DNA of 64,000 bases from Candidatus Latescibacterota bacterium. GTDB lineage: Bacteria; Latescibacterota; UBA2968; UBA8231. Shown one piece after another: positions 29,184-39,400 of this stretch. The notes below the pieces were generated by a model, which saw only the letters and a program-made list of their open reading frames with translations, had not been told where the DNA came from and searched no databases. Both the position numbers and the translations under genes were made by a program. The stretch's first letter is position 1. Each line of letters starts with the position of its first letter. Location: the NCBI GenBank assembly GCA_965217585.1, contig OZ244561.1, positions 800,001 through 864,000 on the forward strand, given 5' to 3'.

Positions 29184-32100
29184 TCAATTTCCATCTGCCT
29201 CCACATAGGCATCTAGATCCCGCTGTGCCTTCTCGCTATTGGCATGACCTCCAGCCCGATAGCACCGCACCCTAGCTTCGAGCAGTTTGCGCTTCCACGG
29301 TATGTGCGGCTCCAGTTGTTCGAGCACCTCTATACAGCCGCGCGGTGAGTCGAGCCGAAAACTCAAATTCAACAGAGTTTCCAGACGTCCCTCTTTGGCA
29401 AAGTCCATGACAAAGGGTTGGCGCAGGGCATTGTACAGCCGGCGCGCATGACCCGCATCCCGGGTCCCCAAATCCACAGCCAGCGCTAGGGCGCTCTTCA
29501 CCAGCGCGGGCCAGGCCCATGGGTCGGTCCGGCAGCCCAAAAAGGCCGACTCCAGGGCGGCCACCCCTTTATCAGTCTGCCCCTCGTGGGTGTGCAGAAT
29601 GGCCATAATGATATCGGCTTCGATCGGTTGGAATGCCCGCAGCCGCTCGGCATACTGCAGCGTTTCCTCGCGCTGATTGTGGGCCATGATGGCCGCCACA
29701 AATAGCTGTTCGTGCAGACCCGCAGGTGGATCCGATTGCTTGGACCACCATTCGAACGCAGTGGTCGACTCACCTTGTTGCCAAGCCGCCAGAGCCTTCA
29801 TACGGTTTTTCTGGTCGGCGTTCAAGTGGGGATACCGACGCGGATGGAGGCGCTCTCCCTGACCGATCAAGAAGGCAATGCGCTGATTTTGCACCCGTTC
29901 CCAATCCACCGTACCGTTCGCAATCTGCGGTCTATGCTCTTGGCCGTCGCGGGCCAAATTCTCAAGTGTCTCCACGTCGAAGTGCTGTCTGGCACCCAAA
30001 CTCCGCGCTAGGGCATATTCGACGTGCGTGCGGTCGTCCGTGTTCAGCTTCGCCCCAGCACTCCAAAGGCGCGCGGTTTGGGGACCGGCGACGAAGTGGG
30101 CCAAAAAACCTTCCAAATCAACCGACCGCCAAGCCACTGCCAGCGCGCTGCGGTAGGGCTCCTCCGCAATCCGGGCCCGCAGCCGGGAGACGTCGTAGGA
30201 CACTGGCTCTAAAGAAGCGACCAGCAGTAGATCCCGCTTCTTGGTCTGCCAGGTTTCTACAAATGGGAAGACCGAGCCGAGACTGGCGTAGATGGTCTGG
30301 ATGGTTTCCTGGTCTATTTCGTAGGCCTGCAACCACTGGAGGAACAGACCCCCTTCATCCAGCCGCGCAGCAATGCCCTGGTAAAATTCCCGGGTGTAGA
30401 GGCTGGAGACACCGGCCCTGAAGGGATTCGAGGGTTCGGAAAAAACAAGGTCGTAACGCCGGCGACCGGTCAGCACGGCCTCCCGCGCGTCCCCAATGAG
30501 CAGGTGCACCTTGGCATTGCCGAGGACATCTTTGTTGACGGTCTCAAACACCGGCGCTGCTTCGATCACCGCTGCCTCCAGCTCCACTACATCGACTCGC
30601 TCGACGCTCGGTATGGCGCCCAACCAGCCGGCACTGCTTCCCGTTCCCAGACCGATGACCAGCGCCTTGCGGGGATGCGGATGTAAGATCGCCCCCACCA
30701 TCCCGCCCATAATTTGGGTGGGGGCATCGCCGATGGCCGAACCGTCGCTTTTGCCATTTAAAAAAAGGGCCGGTCCCGCGTCCGTCAGGCGCAGGGCCAC
30801 CGCGCTTTCCCTGCCCTCCCGCTCCCAGAAGACCGCCCGGCGCTGTTCGTGCAACCAATCGCGCATCTCGTTGGCGTTGCGACCATAGAGCACCTCCAAG
30901 CCCGCTCCGATCGGACTATGGCGCCACGCCGCCGTCGGCCCGGTCGCCCGCGCCAGCAGCAGGGCTGACAGCGCAGTCGCGAGCACCAACCCCGACCTCC
31001 AAATCGGTCCAGTCCGCGCTTGCTGACGTTCCTTGCTAATCCGCGAAACTGCCGCAATCCCCATCCCCAAAATCGCCAGTAAGAAGATCGCCAACTTCCA
31101 AGCACCGGGGGCGGATAAAAGCGGCAGCAGTGCGAACCCTCCGGCCAACGCGCCCAGCATGGTGCCCAGGGTGTTCCAGGCGTAGGCCCAGCCCACATCA
31201 CCGCCCAATCGGCGCTCCCCCGACCCCATTAGCGCAATGAGTAGTGGGAATTGATAACCAGCGACTATAGCTGTGGGCAGGACCACGAGGCCGGTGACCG
31301 CAGTCCACGAGAGCAGCAATCCGCCAAACCCCGCACTGCTCCATTGGCGCAGCTCGCCTGCCAACACGGCCACCCGGTCGCCCAAGGCGTAGGGCAGGGC
31401 AATGCACAGGGCTTCGATAACGCAGGTGAGTGCCAGATCGGAAAGCACCGGGGCTTGCCTTCTCCCCCATAGGGCGTAGACGATGCTACCCAAGCCTATG
31501 CCCAGCAACCCCATGGCCAGAATGATTCCAAAGGTATAGGTAGTGCCTCCGAGCACAGAGGCCAGCATCCGGTACCAAACCAGCTCCATGAGCAGAAAGG
31601 CAAATCCCACAGCCGCGGCCGCGGCCAAGACAAATGCCCTCTGACGCGCGGGCTGCCTCGACCCTTCCCCTTTTGCTAGGTCACCCTGCCCATGAGTTGC
31701 ATTTGCAAAAACGCCCGAATGGGAGAACCTCAGGGCCAGTACTCCGATAGCGGCGTTGACTGCGCAGGCCAGCCACAGCGTGCCGCGGGCTCCCAGATAT
31801 TCCAAAAGGGCAAAGGTGGCCAGTAGGGTCCCACTTACAGCACCTAAGGTATTGGCGCCGTAGAGCGCAGCCACCCGCTGCCGGCCCGCATCTTTATCGC
31901 GGGTGACGGCTCTGGCCGCGGCGGGCAGGGTTCCGCCCATGAGCAAGGTCGGCGCAGCCAGCACCACAGCGGTTAGACCGATGCGAACCCAGGTCGCCAA
32001 CACCGGCCCCAACGCCGTTGTGCCGCCCAGCGCCACATAGAAGGTGCGCGCCACCCAGATCAGCAGTGGGGTGAGGGCGGCTAGGATGGCAATGAGTAGT

Positions 32101-32348
32101 TCCAACCGGGCGTAGAGTGCGAGGGGATTCCGGCTGCGATCGGCTCGCCGTCCGAGCCAGATCCCCCCGGCACCCAGTCCCCCTAGAAAGACAGCCAAGA
32201 CAGCGGCCGAGGCCGAGGTGCTGGCTCCGAAAACGAGCCTAAATTCCCGCAGCCAGACCACCTGATAAACCAGGGCGCACGACCCGGACCCGAAGAGCAA
32301 AACAGCGGCGCGGGTCAGCGGTCGAACCCTGTGAATATATCCTGACAT
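29184..32348 (-). CDS. Fused MFS-like membrane domain / spermidine synthase-like SAM-fold protein
   Basis: SGSCALVYQVVW.R, LYGANTLGAV, LFLNGKSDG, ALVIGLGTGSSA, VVELE, GDAR and YDLVFSEPSNP motifs. Confidence 0.88.
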   Translation of the reverse strand: MSGYIHRVRPLTRAAVLLFGSGSCALVYQVVWLREFRLVFGASTSASAAVLAVFLGGLGAGGIWLGRRADRSRNPLALYARLELLIAILAALTPLLIWVARTFYVALGGTTALGPVLATWVRIGLTAVVLAAPTLLMGGTLPAAARAVTRDKDAGRQRVAALYGANTLGAVSGTLLATFALLEYLGARGTLWLACAVNAAIGVLALRFSHSGVFANATHGQGDLAKGEGSRQPARQRAFVLAAAAAVGFAFLLMELVWYRMLASVLGGTTYTFGIILAMGLLGIGLGSIVYALWGRRQAPVLSDLALTCVIEALCIALPYALGDRVAVLAGELRQWSSAGFGGLLLSWTAVTGLVVLPTAIVAGYQFPLLIALMGSGERRLGGDVGWAYAWNTLGTMLGALAGGFALLPLLSAPGAWKLAIFLLAILGMGIAAVSRISKERQQARTGPIWRSGLVLATALSALLLARATGPTAAWRHSPIGAGLEVLYGRNANEMRDWLHEQRRAVFWEREGRESAVALRLTDAGPALFLNGKSDGSAIGDAPTQIMGGMVGAILHPHPRKALVIGLGTGSSAGWLGAIPSVERVDVVELEAAVIEAAPVFETVNKDVLGNAKVHLLIGDAREAVLTGRRRYDLVFSEPSNPFRAGVSSLYTREFYQGIAARLDEGGLFLQWLQAYEIDQETIQTIYASLGSVFPFVETWQTKKRDLLLVASLEPVSYDVSRLRARIAEEPYRSALAVAWRSVDLEGFLAHFVAGPQTARLWSAGAKLNTDDRTHVEYALARSLGARQHFDVETLENLARDGQEHRPQIANGTVDWERVQNQRIAFLIGQGERLHPRRYPHLNADQKNRMKALAAWQQGESTTAFEWWSKQSDPPAGLHEQLFVAAIMAHNQREETLQYAERLRAFQPIEADIIMAILHTHEGQTDKGVAALESAFLGCRTDPWAWPALVKSALALAVDLGTRDAGHARRLYNALRQPFVMDFAKEGRLETLLNLSFRLDSPRGCIEVLEQLEPHIPWKRKLLEARVRCYRAGGHANSEKAQRDLDAYVEADGN

Positions 32349-32473
32349 CCACCGGCTCCTCTCTACACTATCCTCAGATTTACTAAATTGTTGTGCCTAT
32401 AGGCAATTGATATGTTTCAAGCGGACCGAGGTAGAGGAGTATTGATGATCCCCGACGTGCATACGAGCGTAGC

Positions 32474-34417
32474 ATGGCGAACATTTTGAGCCCATCGTCT
32501 TTTAGCCTGACAGGCCTGTTAGTGGGTACCTTTTTTGCCCTCTTGGTGGGCCTGGGCGCTCCCTACGCTCTCTTTGTATTGCAGGGCTCTTTCATGGCCA
32601 AGACGCCGGCCTCGCTGATTGCCCTCTTTCTGTTCTTTCTCCTGCTCTTTTTTATCAACACCCTCTTGGGCATGATGCGCAGATACTTCGCCCTGACCAA
32701 GGCGGACCTGGTCCTGATCTACATTATGATGCTAATGGCCGCGACCGTGCCCACGCAGGCATTCGTGGGGACCCTGATCCCGGTCATTGCCGGACTCTAC
32801 TATTACGCCACCCCGGAAAACCGCTGGGAGGACATCTTCTTCCCCTATGTCTCGCCTTGGCTGGCACCGCAGGATTTTGCGCTGGTCAAGGATCTGTTCG
32901 AGGGAATCCCGGCAAGTAAGGCCATACCCTGGGGGGTGTGGGCGACCATCCTAGGGTATTGGTACGTGTTTTTTTTAGCATTGAGTTTCTTGATGATCTG
33001 TATGAGTACCATTCTCCATCGGCAGTGGTCCCAGCACGAGCGCCTAGCGTACCCCATGGTACAACTGCCCTTGCAAATGATCGAGACCGGTGAAAGTCCC
33101 CTGGAGCGGTTGCGGCCTTTTTTTAAGAACGGGGTAATGTGGCTGGGTTTTTTCGTACCCTTCACGCTCTTTAGTTTAACCGGGCTGCACCACTATTTTT
33201 CTTTCGTGCCGCCGGTGTCCATCGGCTTGGGCACCTTCTGGTTCTTTCGGGATACTATCTGGATAGAGACGTGGCTTAGTTATGCATGGGTGGGCTTTTC
33301 CTACTTGGTCAGTCTGGAAATCTCCTTCAGCATCTGGTTCTTTTTTTTATTGGCCAAAGTCCAAGAGGGCACCTTCAATATTTTCGGCATCTCCAGCAAT
33401 GAGCAGTTGAGTTTCTACTCCTATTCTCAGACGGCAGATCTGACCCACCAATCCATGGGGGCCTGTCTGGTATTCGTATTCTACGGTTTGTGGATAGCCC
33501 GTCGGCATTTGCGAGAGGTGGTCACCAAGGCGTGGAATCCCGCGGCAGGCATAGACGATTCCGCTGAGCTGCTGTCCTACCGCACTGCGGTCTGCGGCTT
33601 GTTGGGCAGTGTACTCTTCCTAGCACTGTGGTTGTGGCATACGGGGATTCCCCTCATCGTGCTGCCGATGTTTATGGGGGTTTGCCTCGTATTCTACATC
33701 ATGGTCACTCGCGTGGTCGCTGCCGCTGGAGTAGTCACCGTGCGCTCGCCCATGGCCGCGGCTTTCTTCGTGATCTCCGGTGTGGGCACCTCGCTGATTG
33801 GCACCAAGGGGCTGGTAGCACTGACCTTTACCTATATCTGGCAGGGGGAGATGCGGCTTTTCCCGCTGCTTGCCTGCGCCAATAGCTTGAAGTTAGCGGA
33901 AATCATCCCTGGTTCGAAAAAGCGCCTGTTCTGGGGTATGATCATCGCGTTGATCTGTGGCCTGGCAGGGGCGACATGGGTCATTCTGGGGTTGAGCTAC
34001 AAGTACGGAGGGATCAATCTGGGGTTTTTCATGACGGCCCAAAGCGTGCGCGTCTTCGAAGATATGGCCCGACCGCTGCAGAATCCGAGCCTAATGAATT
34101 TGCGCGGCTGGGTCTTCACCGGCGTTGGCGGCCTCATCGAAGGGCTGCTGATGTTCGCCCATCATCGCTTTTTCTGGTGGCCGCTGCATCCTCTCGGTTT
34201 CGTGATCGGCGTGGGTTGGCTGACCGGACAGATTTGGTTTTCCGTGCTGGTCGCCTGGCTGCTGAAGCTGATCGTCCTGAAATACGGCGGCAGCAAACTC
34301 TACAATCAAACCAAGCCGTTTTTCTTAGGCATGATCTTGGGGGAAGCGACTGTTGCCGGAACCTGGCTGGTGATCGACTGGATCGCGGGCGAGACAGGGA
34401 ATTTCTTGACCTTTTGA
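32474..34417 (+). CDS. DUF6785/DUF6784-like membrane protein, paralog 2
   Basis: YYYATPENRW, HRQWSQHERLAYPM, WWPLHPLGF and KPFFLGMI motifs. Confidence 0.75.
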   Translation: MANILSPSSFSLTGLLVGTFFALLVGLGAPYALFVLQGSFMAKTPASLIALFLFFLLLFFINTLLGMMRRYFALTKADLVLIYIMMLMAATVPTQAFVGTLIPVIAGLYYYATPENRWEDIFFPYVSPWLAPQDFALVKDLFEGIPASKAIPWGVWATILGYWYVFFLALSFLMICMSTILHRQWSQHERLAYPMVQLPLQMIETGESPLERLRPFFKNGVMWLGFFVPFTLFSLTGLHHYFSFVPPVSIGLGTFWFFRDTIWIETWLSYAWVGFSYLVSLEISFSIWFFFLLAKVQEGTFNIFGISSNEQLSFYSYSQTADLTHQSMGACLVFVFYGLWIARRHLREVVTKAWNPAAGIDDSAELLSYRTAVCGLLGSVLFLALWLWHTGIPLIVLPMFMGVCLVFYIMVTRVVAAAGVVTVRSPMAAAFFVISGVGTSLIGTKGLVALTFTYIWQGEMRLFPLLACANSLKLAEIIPGSKKRLFWGMIIALICGLAGATWVILGLSYKYGGINLGFFMTAQSVRVFEDMARPLQNPSLMNLRGWVFTGVGGLIEGLLMFAHHRFFWWPLHPLGFVIGVGWLTGQIWFSVLVAWLLKLIVLKYGGSKLYNQTKPFFLGMILGEATVAGTWLVIDWIAGETGNFLTF

Positions 34418-34443
34418 AAGGCCGGAGTTACCTAACTCTGCCG

Positions 34444-36096
34444 CTAACGCTGGGGATTGGGCTGCACAACCCGCAATATTTGATTGGTAGGCACTTGGTG
34501 CAGTCGTTGGACCTGGCCGTCTGGCCAGTGAACTTCCACTTCGGCGCGTTCGGCTTGGTCCAAACCAAAATGAAGGCGGGGATCGTGGCTGGACAGGTAG
34601 CTGCCGCCGGACTGGCGCTCGCGAATTTGGCGGCGACCGCTGGCCGTGACCACGACGCGGGCCCCCAGACCATCTCGCAGCAAGGCCCCTTTTAGCTCGA
34701 CTAGAAGCCAGCGACGGCGGTTGCCTCCGTCGTTGCGCAGCAACTGGGGCCTGTCGGCTTGGTTAGACACCAGAATATCGAGATCGCCGTCGTTATCGTA
34801 GTCGGCTACGGCTGTGCCCCGGCCCACGTTGGCGGCCCGCCAATCGGGGCCGAGGCTGGCCGAGACATCCTCGAAGCGCTTCCCATTCTCATTGCGCAAC
34901 ATCTGGTCGGGTTGGGCATAGGTAGTGCTTGAGTCTATCAGCGCAATCTTGTCCAGCACGTGGCCGTTGGCCACGAACAGGTCCAAGTCTGCGTCGTGGT
35001 CATAGTCCAGAAACTTAGTGCCGAATCCCAAGGGGGCCAGCGTCGGTTGGGTCAGGTCTACTTGGTCCGTCACATCGTCGAAGTGGCCCGGAGCACTGTT
35101 GTGGTAAAGGGTATTGGTCTCGCGGGCGAAATTGGTGACAAACAGGTCCTGCCAGCCATCGTCGTCGTAATCTCCGAAATCCACCCCCATACCCGCCTCG
35201 GGTTTGCCATACTGGTTGTAGCGACCTCCGGCCTGCAGGCCCGTCTCGACGAAGTGGCCCCTCCGGTTCTGGTAGAGAAAGTTCATGGTGGCGTCATTGG
35301 CCACGTAAACATCGGTATCGCCGTCTAAGTCGTAGTCCGAGAAGGCCACGCCCAGTCCGCGGCCCTTGAGTCCGATGCCGCTTTCCAAGGACACATCGCT
35401 GAAGTGGTCGCCGTCGTTGCGGTAGAGAATATCTGCGCTGGGAGCAAAGGTCTGGGGTTCGCAGTAAGTGCGTATCTTGCCGCGCTTGCAGACGACGTTG
35501 CGATTCAGAGCGAAGTCCACGTAGTTGACGACGAAGAGATCCAGATCCCCATCCAGATCGTAGTCGAGAAAACCGCTGCTGCTGCCCCAGCGTCCATCCC
35601 CCACGCCGGCGCGCTTCGTCACGTCCTCAAAGCGGCCGTCCCCGCCGTTGCGCAGCAGCGTGTTGGATCCGTAGTTGGTTACGTAGAGATCCTGGTCCCC
35701 ATCGTTGTCGTAGTCGGCGGCAGTACAGCCCATACCATAGTTAGGGTCTCCAGTGCCGGAGGTCTCTGTTGCAGCGACGAATGTGCCTTCTCCAGTATTG
35801 CGGTACAGTCTGTTGATCGGCCGCGGATCCGGAACGGCACCGACGAGATAGGTGCCATTGACCAAATAGATATCCTGCCAGCCATCGCCATCACTGTCGA
35901 AAAAGGCGGCTCCAGAGCCAAAGGTTTCGACGTAGTAGTACTCACCTGAAAAACCATTGTAGTGGCGGAAATCCAGACCGGAAATCTGTGCGACTTCGGC
36001 GTATTGCACCCTCTCATTGGCTGGAGTAGAGTCCAATTCTCCCCCGCAGGAGCACAGCAGAAACGCCAGGCATAAGAGACTAGATATAAACTTCAT
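34444..36096 (-). CDS. CRTAC1-family lipoprotein (FG-GAP repeats + ASPIC/UnbV)
   Basis: Lipobox LLCSC; DYDNDGDQDLYVTN-type repeats; C-terminal GGSYLSSHDPRLHFGL..EVHWPDG. Start placed at MKFISS. Confidence 0.88.
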   Translation of the reverse strand: MKFISSLLCLAFLLCSCGGELDSTPANERVQYAEVAQISGLDFRHYNGFSGEYYYVETFGSGAAFFDSDGDGWQDIYLVNGTYLVGAVPDPRPINRLYRNTGEGTFVAATETSGTGDPNYGMGCTAADYDNDGDQDLYVTNYGSNTLLRNGGDGRFEDVTKRAGVGDGRWGSSSGFLDYDLDGDLDLFVVNYVDFALNRNVVCKRGKIRTYCEPQTFAPSADILYRNDGDHFSDVSLESGIGLKGRGLGVAFSDYDLDGDTDVYVANDATMNFLYQNRRGHFVETGLQAGGRYNQYGKPEAGMGVDFGDYDDDGWQDLFVTNFARETNTLYHNSAPGHFDDVTDQVDLTQPTLAPLGFGTKFLDYDHDADLDLFVANGHVLDKIALIDSSTTYAQPDQMLRNENGKRFEDVSASLGPDWRAANVGRGTAVADYDNDGDLDILVSNQADRPQLLRNDGGNRRRWLLVELKGALLRDGLGARVVVTASGRRQIRERQSGGSYLSSHDPRLHFGLDQAERAEVEVHWPDGQVQRLHQVPTNQILRVVQPNPQR

Positions 36097-36145
36097 TTTT
36101 TGACTATGACTTTTCGCAGCCGCACTGCCGATAGACGGGCATAGA

Positions 36146-37753
36146 TCAGGATAGCAGGAAAGCGGCGACCGCGGCGACAAAAAGTGCCCAACAGATCCAG
36201 CCCAGTAGAGATTCGGTGGCCACTAGGAGACGGATGGGGCCGCTAGGCAGACAGGGGGTGGGGCCCATATGGATAAAAATCCGCAGACTGAAGAAGATCC
36301 ATGCCCACCAGGAAGAGGGACGAGGTTCGGGTCTGTCCCCCCAAAAAGAGCGCAAAAGACGATAGAGTAAGGCAAAAGTCAGGATGCAAATGCCAGCAAG
36401 CGGTCCCAAAAACCACGGCTTGGCACCGTAGTACATGGTCGGCCTCAGTAGCTGGAGCCAGTACCATTCTCCCGCTCTCCAGTCCAAGCTCCGGCGCCGA
36501 TGCTCCAGCCACGCCGTCCAACAGGCTCTAGCCTCGTCGTCCAGACCTTGGGTACGCAATTGATGTCGCAGGACCGCGTAGATTGGAGATAGGTCCTCCA
36601 AGCCGGAGCTTTCTTCGGCGGCCAGATGGCCTTCCATTTGGGACCAGTGGACGAGCAGGCGATCGAAAGTGGCGTGCTGCAGATAAATCAAGGCGCTATC
36701 GGCAAAGCTAACTTGGCGCTGAAAAGTCGACTGGGCGGGAAGCCTCAGATCCAGCACGGTAGTTTTGCTGTGTCTCAGGTCCAAGGTCCCGTCGAAGAAG
36801 GCATTGAGTTGCAGACCAGCGCGGAACTGGGCACCGGTAAACGCGGCATCCATGACAAAGAGACTGCCCTCGAACGAAGCCGTATCGAGAAAGATGGCGT
36901 GGGCAAAGCGGGCGGGAAGGGCGAAGATGAGACGGCGAAAGAAAGCCGGGCCGGCAAAGACGGCCTGGTCGAAGGCGATCTCGCCGGTAACTCGCGCCTT
37001 GTCAAAATAAAAAGCGCGCGCTAGGCGGGCACTCTGGAAAAAAGTCTTGTCCTTAAAGCGGCTACCCGCGAAAGAGACCTCTTTTTGCCAGGTGGTCTCC
37101 TTAAACGAGGCGACGCCTTCAAAGAAGGCATCCCGGAAATTGGCCCGGCCGGCGAAACGAGCGCCTTCGAAATAGGCACCGTCCCCAAACTGGACGCGAT
37201 CAAAGGCCGCTTCGGCCCCCTCGAAATCGGCTTCGATAAAAGACCCAGTCCCTGCGAAGTGGCTGCCGGTAAAATCGGCCCGCTCCACAAACGCGGCCCG
37301 TTTGAAATTGGCCTGCCAAAGGGAACGGCAGTCCTGCAAATCCAGGACGGATTCGAAGCGGGCTTCCGGCATGGATAAACCCCTGGCAAAAACAGTGCGG
37401 GCAAAGCGCACCGGGCGGCGAAAGACCAACCCCTTAAAATCTACTTCGCCGAGAAAATAAACCGCTTCGAAGTCGAGATCCGCCCTTACTGTATCGATGC
37501 CAGCCGACGCGGCGAAGAGCCCACCTTCGAAGGCCGTCTGGCGGTACGTGAGCGTCGTCTGCTCGCCGCCCTGGAGCAGTTGAGCGACCAAGACCGCGGT
37601 CGGCACGAGGGCATACGTCTGGCCGTCAATGGCGATAGTGCGCTCAGGGGTAGGAGCCATGCCGTGGACCGACCAAGGCGCAAACAGGAGGAGTACGAGA
37701 GGAAACCAGTAGCCGATCCTGCCGGCCTTCACTAGGTCAGACCCACCAGCCAT
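36146..37753 (-). CDS. Pentapeptide-repeat protein with C-terminal membrane (two-TM channel-like) segment
   Basis: Long A-x-F-x-x repeats; C-terminal YYGAKPW..IFFSL..GP..LLVATESLLGW. Start uncertain. Confidence 0.75.
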   Translation of the reverse strand: MAGGSDLVKAGRIGYWFPLVLLLFAPWSVHGMAPTPERTIAIDGQTYALVPTAVLVAQLLQGGEQTTLTYRQTAFEGGLFAASAGIDTVRADLDFEAVYFLGEVDFKGLVFRRPVRFARTVFARGLSMPEARFESVLDLQDCRSLWQANFKRAAFVERADFTGSHFAGTGSFIEADFEGAEAAFDRVQFGDGAYFEGARFAGRANFRDAFFEGVASFKETTWQKEVSFAGSRFKDKTFFQSARLARAFYFDKARVTGEIAFDQAVFAGPAFFRRLIFALPARFAHAIFLDTASFEGSLFVMDAAFTGAQFRAGLQLNAFFDGTLDLRHSKTTVLDLRLPAQSTFQRQVSFADSALIYLQHATFDRLLVHWSQMEGHLAAEESSGLEDLSPIYAVLRHQLRTQGLDDEARACWTAWLEHRRRSLDWRAGEWYWLQLLRPTMYYGAKPWFLGPLAGICILTFALLYRLLRSFWGDRPEPRPSSWWAWIFFSLRIFIHMGPTPCLPSGPIRLLVATESLLGWICWALFVAAVAAFLLS

Positions 37754-37811
37754 GCGATCGTTTGCTGCAAGAGGCCCATCCTCTGCGATAGGCCGGCACC
37801 CACCAAGGAGT

Positions 37812-39356
37812 TTAAAACGGCTTCGCAAGGCTTTTTTCGCTTTCCTCAGCGAGTTGACTCAAACGGCGAGCCTGCTCCAAGTGGAAGTGGCTCTTTTCGA
37901 CCTGTCCCAATTTGGCGTAGACATCGCCCAGATAGCGGTGGATCCGGGGATTTTCAGGATCTAATTCCGCTGACCGGGCGTAGGCGTGCAGAGCTTCGGC
38001 GACATGCCTTTCTTTCATGTGGGCAACGCCCAAGTTGAGATAGGCTGCTGCATAGTTGGGGCGCAACGAGATCGCTTTGGAAAATTGGCTTATAGCTGCC
38101 GCTAGGTTCCCGGTGCGCGCCTCCACCAAGCCCAGACTGAAGGCGACTTCGGGCAAGTCCGGATCGAGGCGGGTGGCTTGTTCGAGGGCTTGGCGGGCCT
38201 GGACGTAGTCGCCTTTTTTGAGGTAGACCCCCCCCAGGCGCATGTGGCTTATCGCATCCTCTTCGTCCAGAGCAATGCCTTTTTGGAAGCAGTAGATCGC
38301 CTCGTCATAGGCGGCTTTCCAAGTGAGCAATATGCCCAGACTAATGTGGGCATTTTTATGCTCAGCATTGAGTTCAATTACATTGCGGTACTCGAGCTCG
38401 GCCCGTTCGTAGTCGCCCCTCAGGACGTGGTTGAGGGCCATATTGTAGCGCGCCGTCGCCGGGCCTATCGGTACATGACCGGTAGTGGGCATCGACAGTT
38501 CGGAGTAGAGGCCGCGATCAAACTGGCGCAAAAATTCCGATCGTTCTAGATGCCGCCGGCCCTCTTCCCGGCGTCCCAGGCGCAGGTAGATACCGCCCAA
38601 GTTGGTATGCACTTGCGGCGAATAGGGGTTGAGCGAGACGGCCTTTTCCAGCGTTTTTAGGGCTTCCTGGTACTGGCCCCGGGCGCTGTGTAGCAGACCC
38701 AGATGGAAGAACCCCTCGGCATCCTCTGGATCGTGCCTAGTCGCTTGCCGGAGGTAGGTCAGGGCTTGTTCTGTAGCTCCCTGTTTGCGGTAGAGCAAAC
38801 CTAGCTTTTTATAGGCTGGAGCCAGGGTGGAATCGGCGGCTAGGGCGGCCAGATACGTCTGCTCCGCCAGGTCCGCGCTGTCCCGATAGGTGTAAATGAG
38901 GCCCAAATTGTAGTGGGTAGTCGCCCGCTGTGGATCCAAGGCGAGGGCCCTTTGGAAAGCGGCTAGGGCGGCATCTGTGTCGCTGTACTGCACCTCGGCA
39001 AAGGCTCTGGCCGTGTGTATAACGCCAAGTATATCGTAAAGTTCGGCCTCTTCGGGGCCGAGAGCCATTGCCCGCTCCACCGCCTGTTGGGCCTCGGTGA
39101 ATTGGCCCATAGCCAGATGGGAACGGGCCAGATAGCGGTAGGTCTCGCGCCCCTCGCCGCCCTGTTCGAGCGCCTTTTGGAAAGCCGCGATGGCGAGCTG
39201 GTGATTACCCGCTAGAAAGTGCTGGAGACCGCGCTCGAAAAGCGGATCGGCCCCAACTTCCTCCAATTCCCCGCTCTTTGCACAAGCCGCCAGCATAGGT
39301 GTGGAGGCAGCGATCAAAAAGCGGACTATGAGCGAGCAGATGAACGGGATAGCCAT
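37812..39356 (-). CDS. TPR-repeat (lipo)protein
   Basis: More than 10 TPRs (HYNLG..Y..AL..DP); possible lipobox LAAC. Confidence 0.85.
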   Translation of the reverse strand: MAIPFICSLIVRFLIAASTPMLAACAKSGELEEVGADPLFERGLQHFLAGNHQLAIAAFQKALEQGGEGRETYRYLARSHLAMGQFTEAQQAVERAMALGPEEAELYDILGVIHTARAFAEVQYSDTDAALAAFQRALALDPQRATTHYNLGLIYTYRDSADLAEQTYLAALAADSTLAPAYKKLGLLYRKQGATEQALTYLRQATRHDPEDAEGFFHLGLLHSARGQYQEALKTLEKAVSLNPYSPQVHTNLGGIYLRLGRREEGRRHLERSEFLRQFDRGLYSELSMPTTGHVPIGPATARYNMALNHVLRGDYERAELEYRNVIELNAEHKNAHISLGILLTWKAAYDEAIYCFQKGIALDEEDAISHMRLGGVYLKKGDYVQARQALEQATRLDPDLPEVAFSLGLVEARTGNLAAAISQFSKAISLRPNYAAAYLNLGVAHMKERHVAEALHAYARSAELDPENPRIHRYLGDVYAKLGQVEKSHFHLEQARRLSQLAEESEKSLAKPF

Positions 39357-39400
39357 CGGTCAGTGGTCCGCGCCAGATTGAATATTTTCCTGCACAGCGT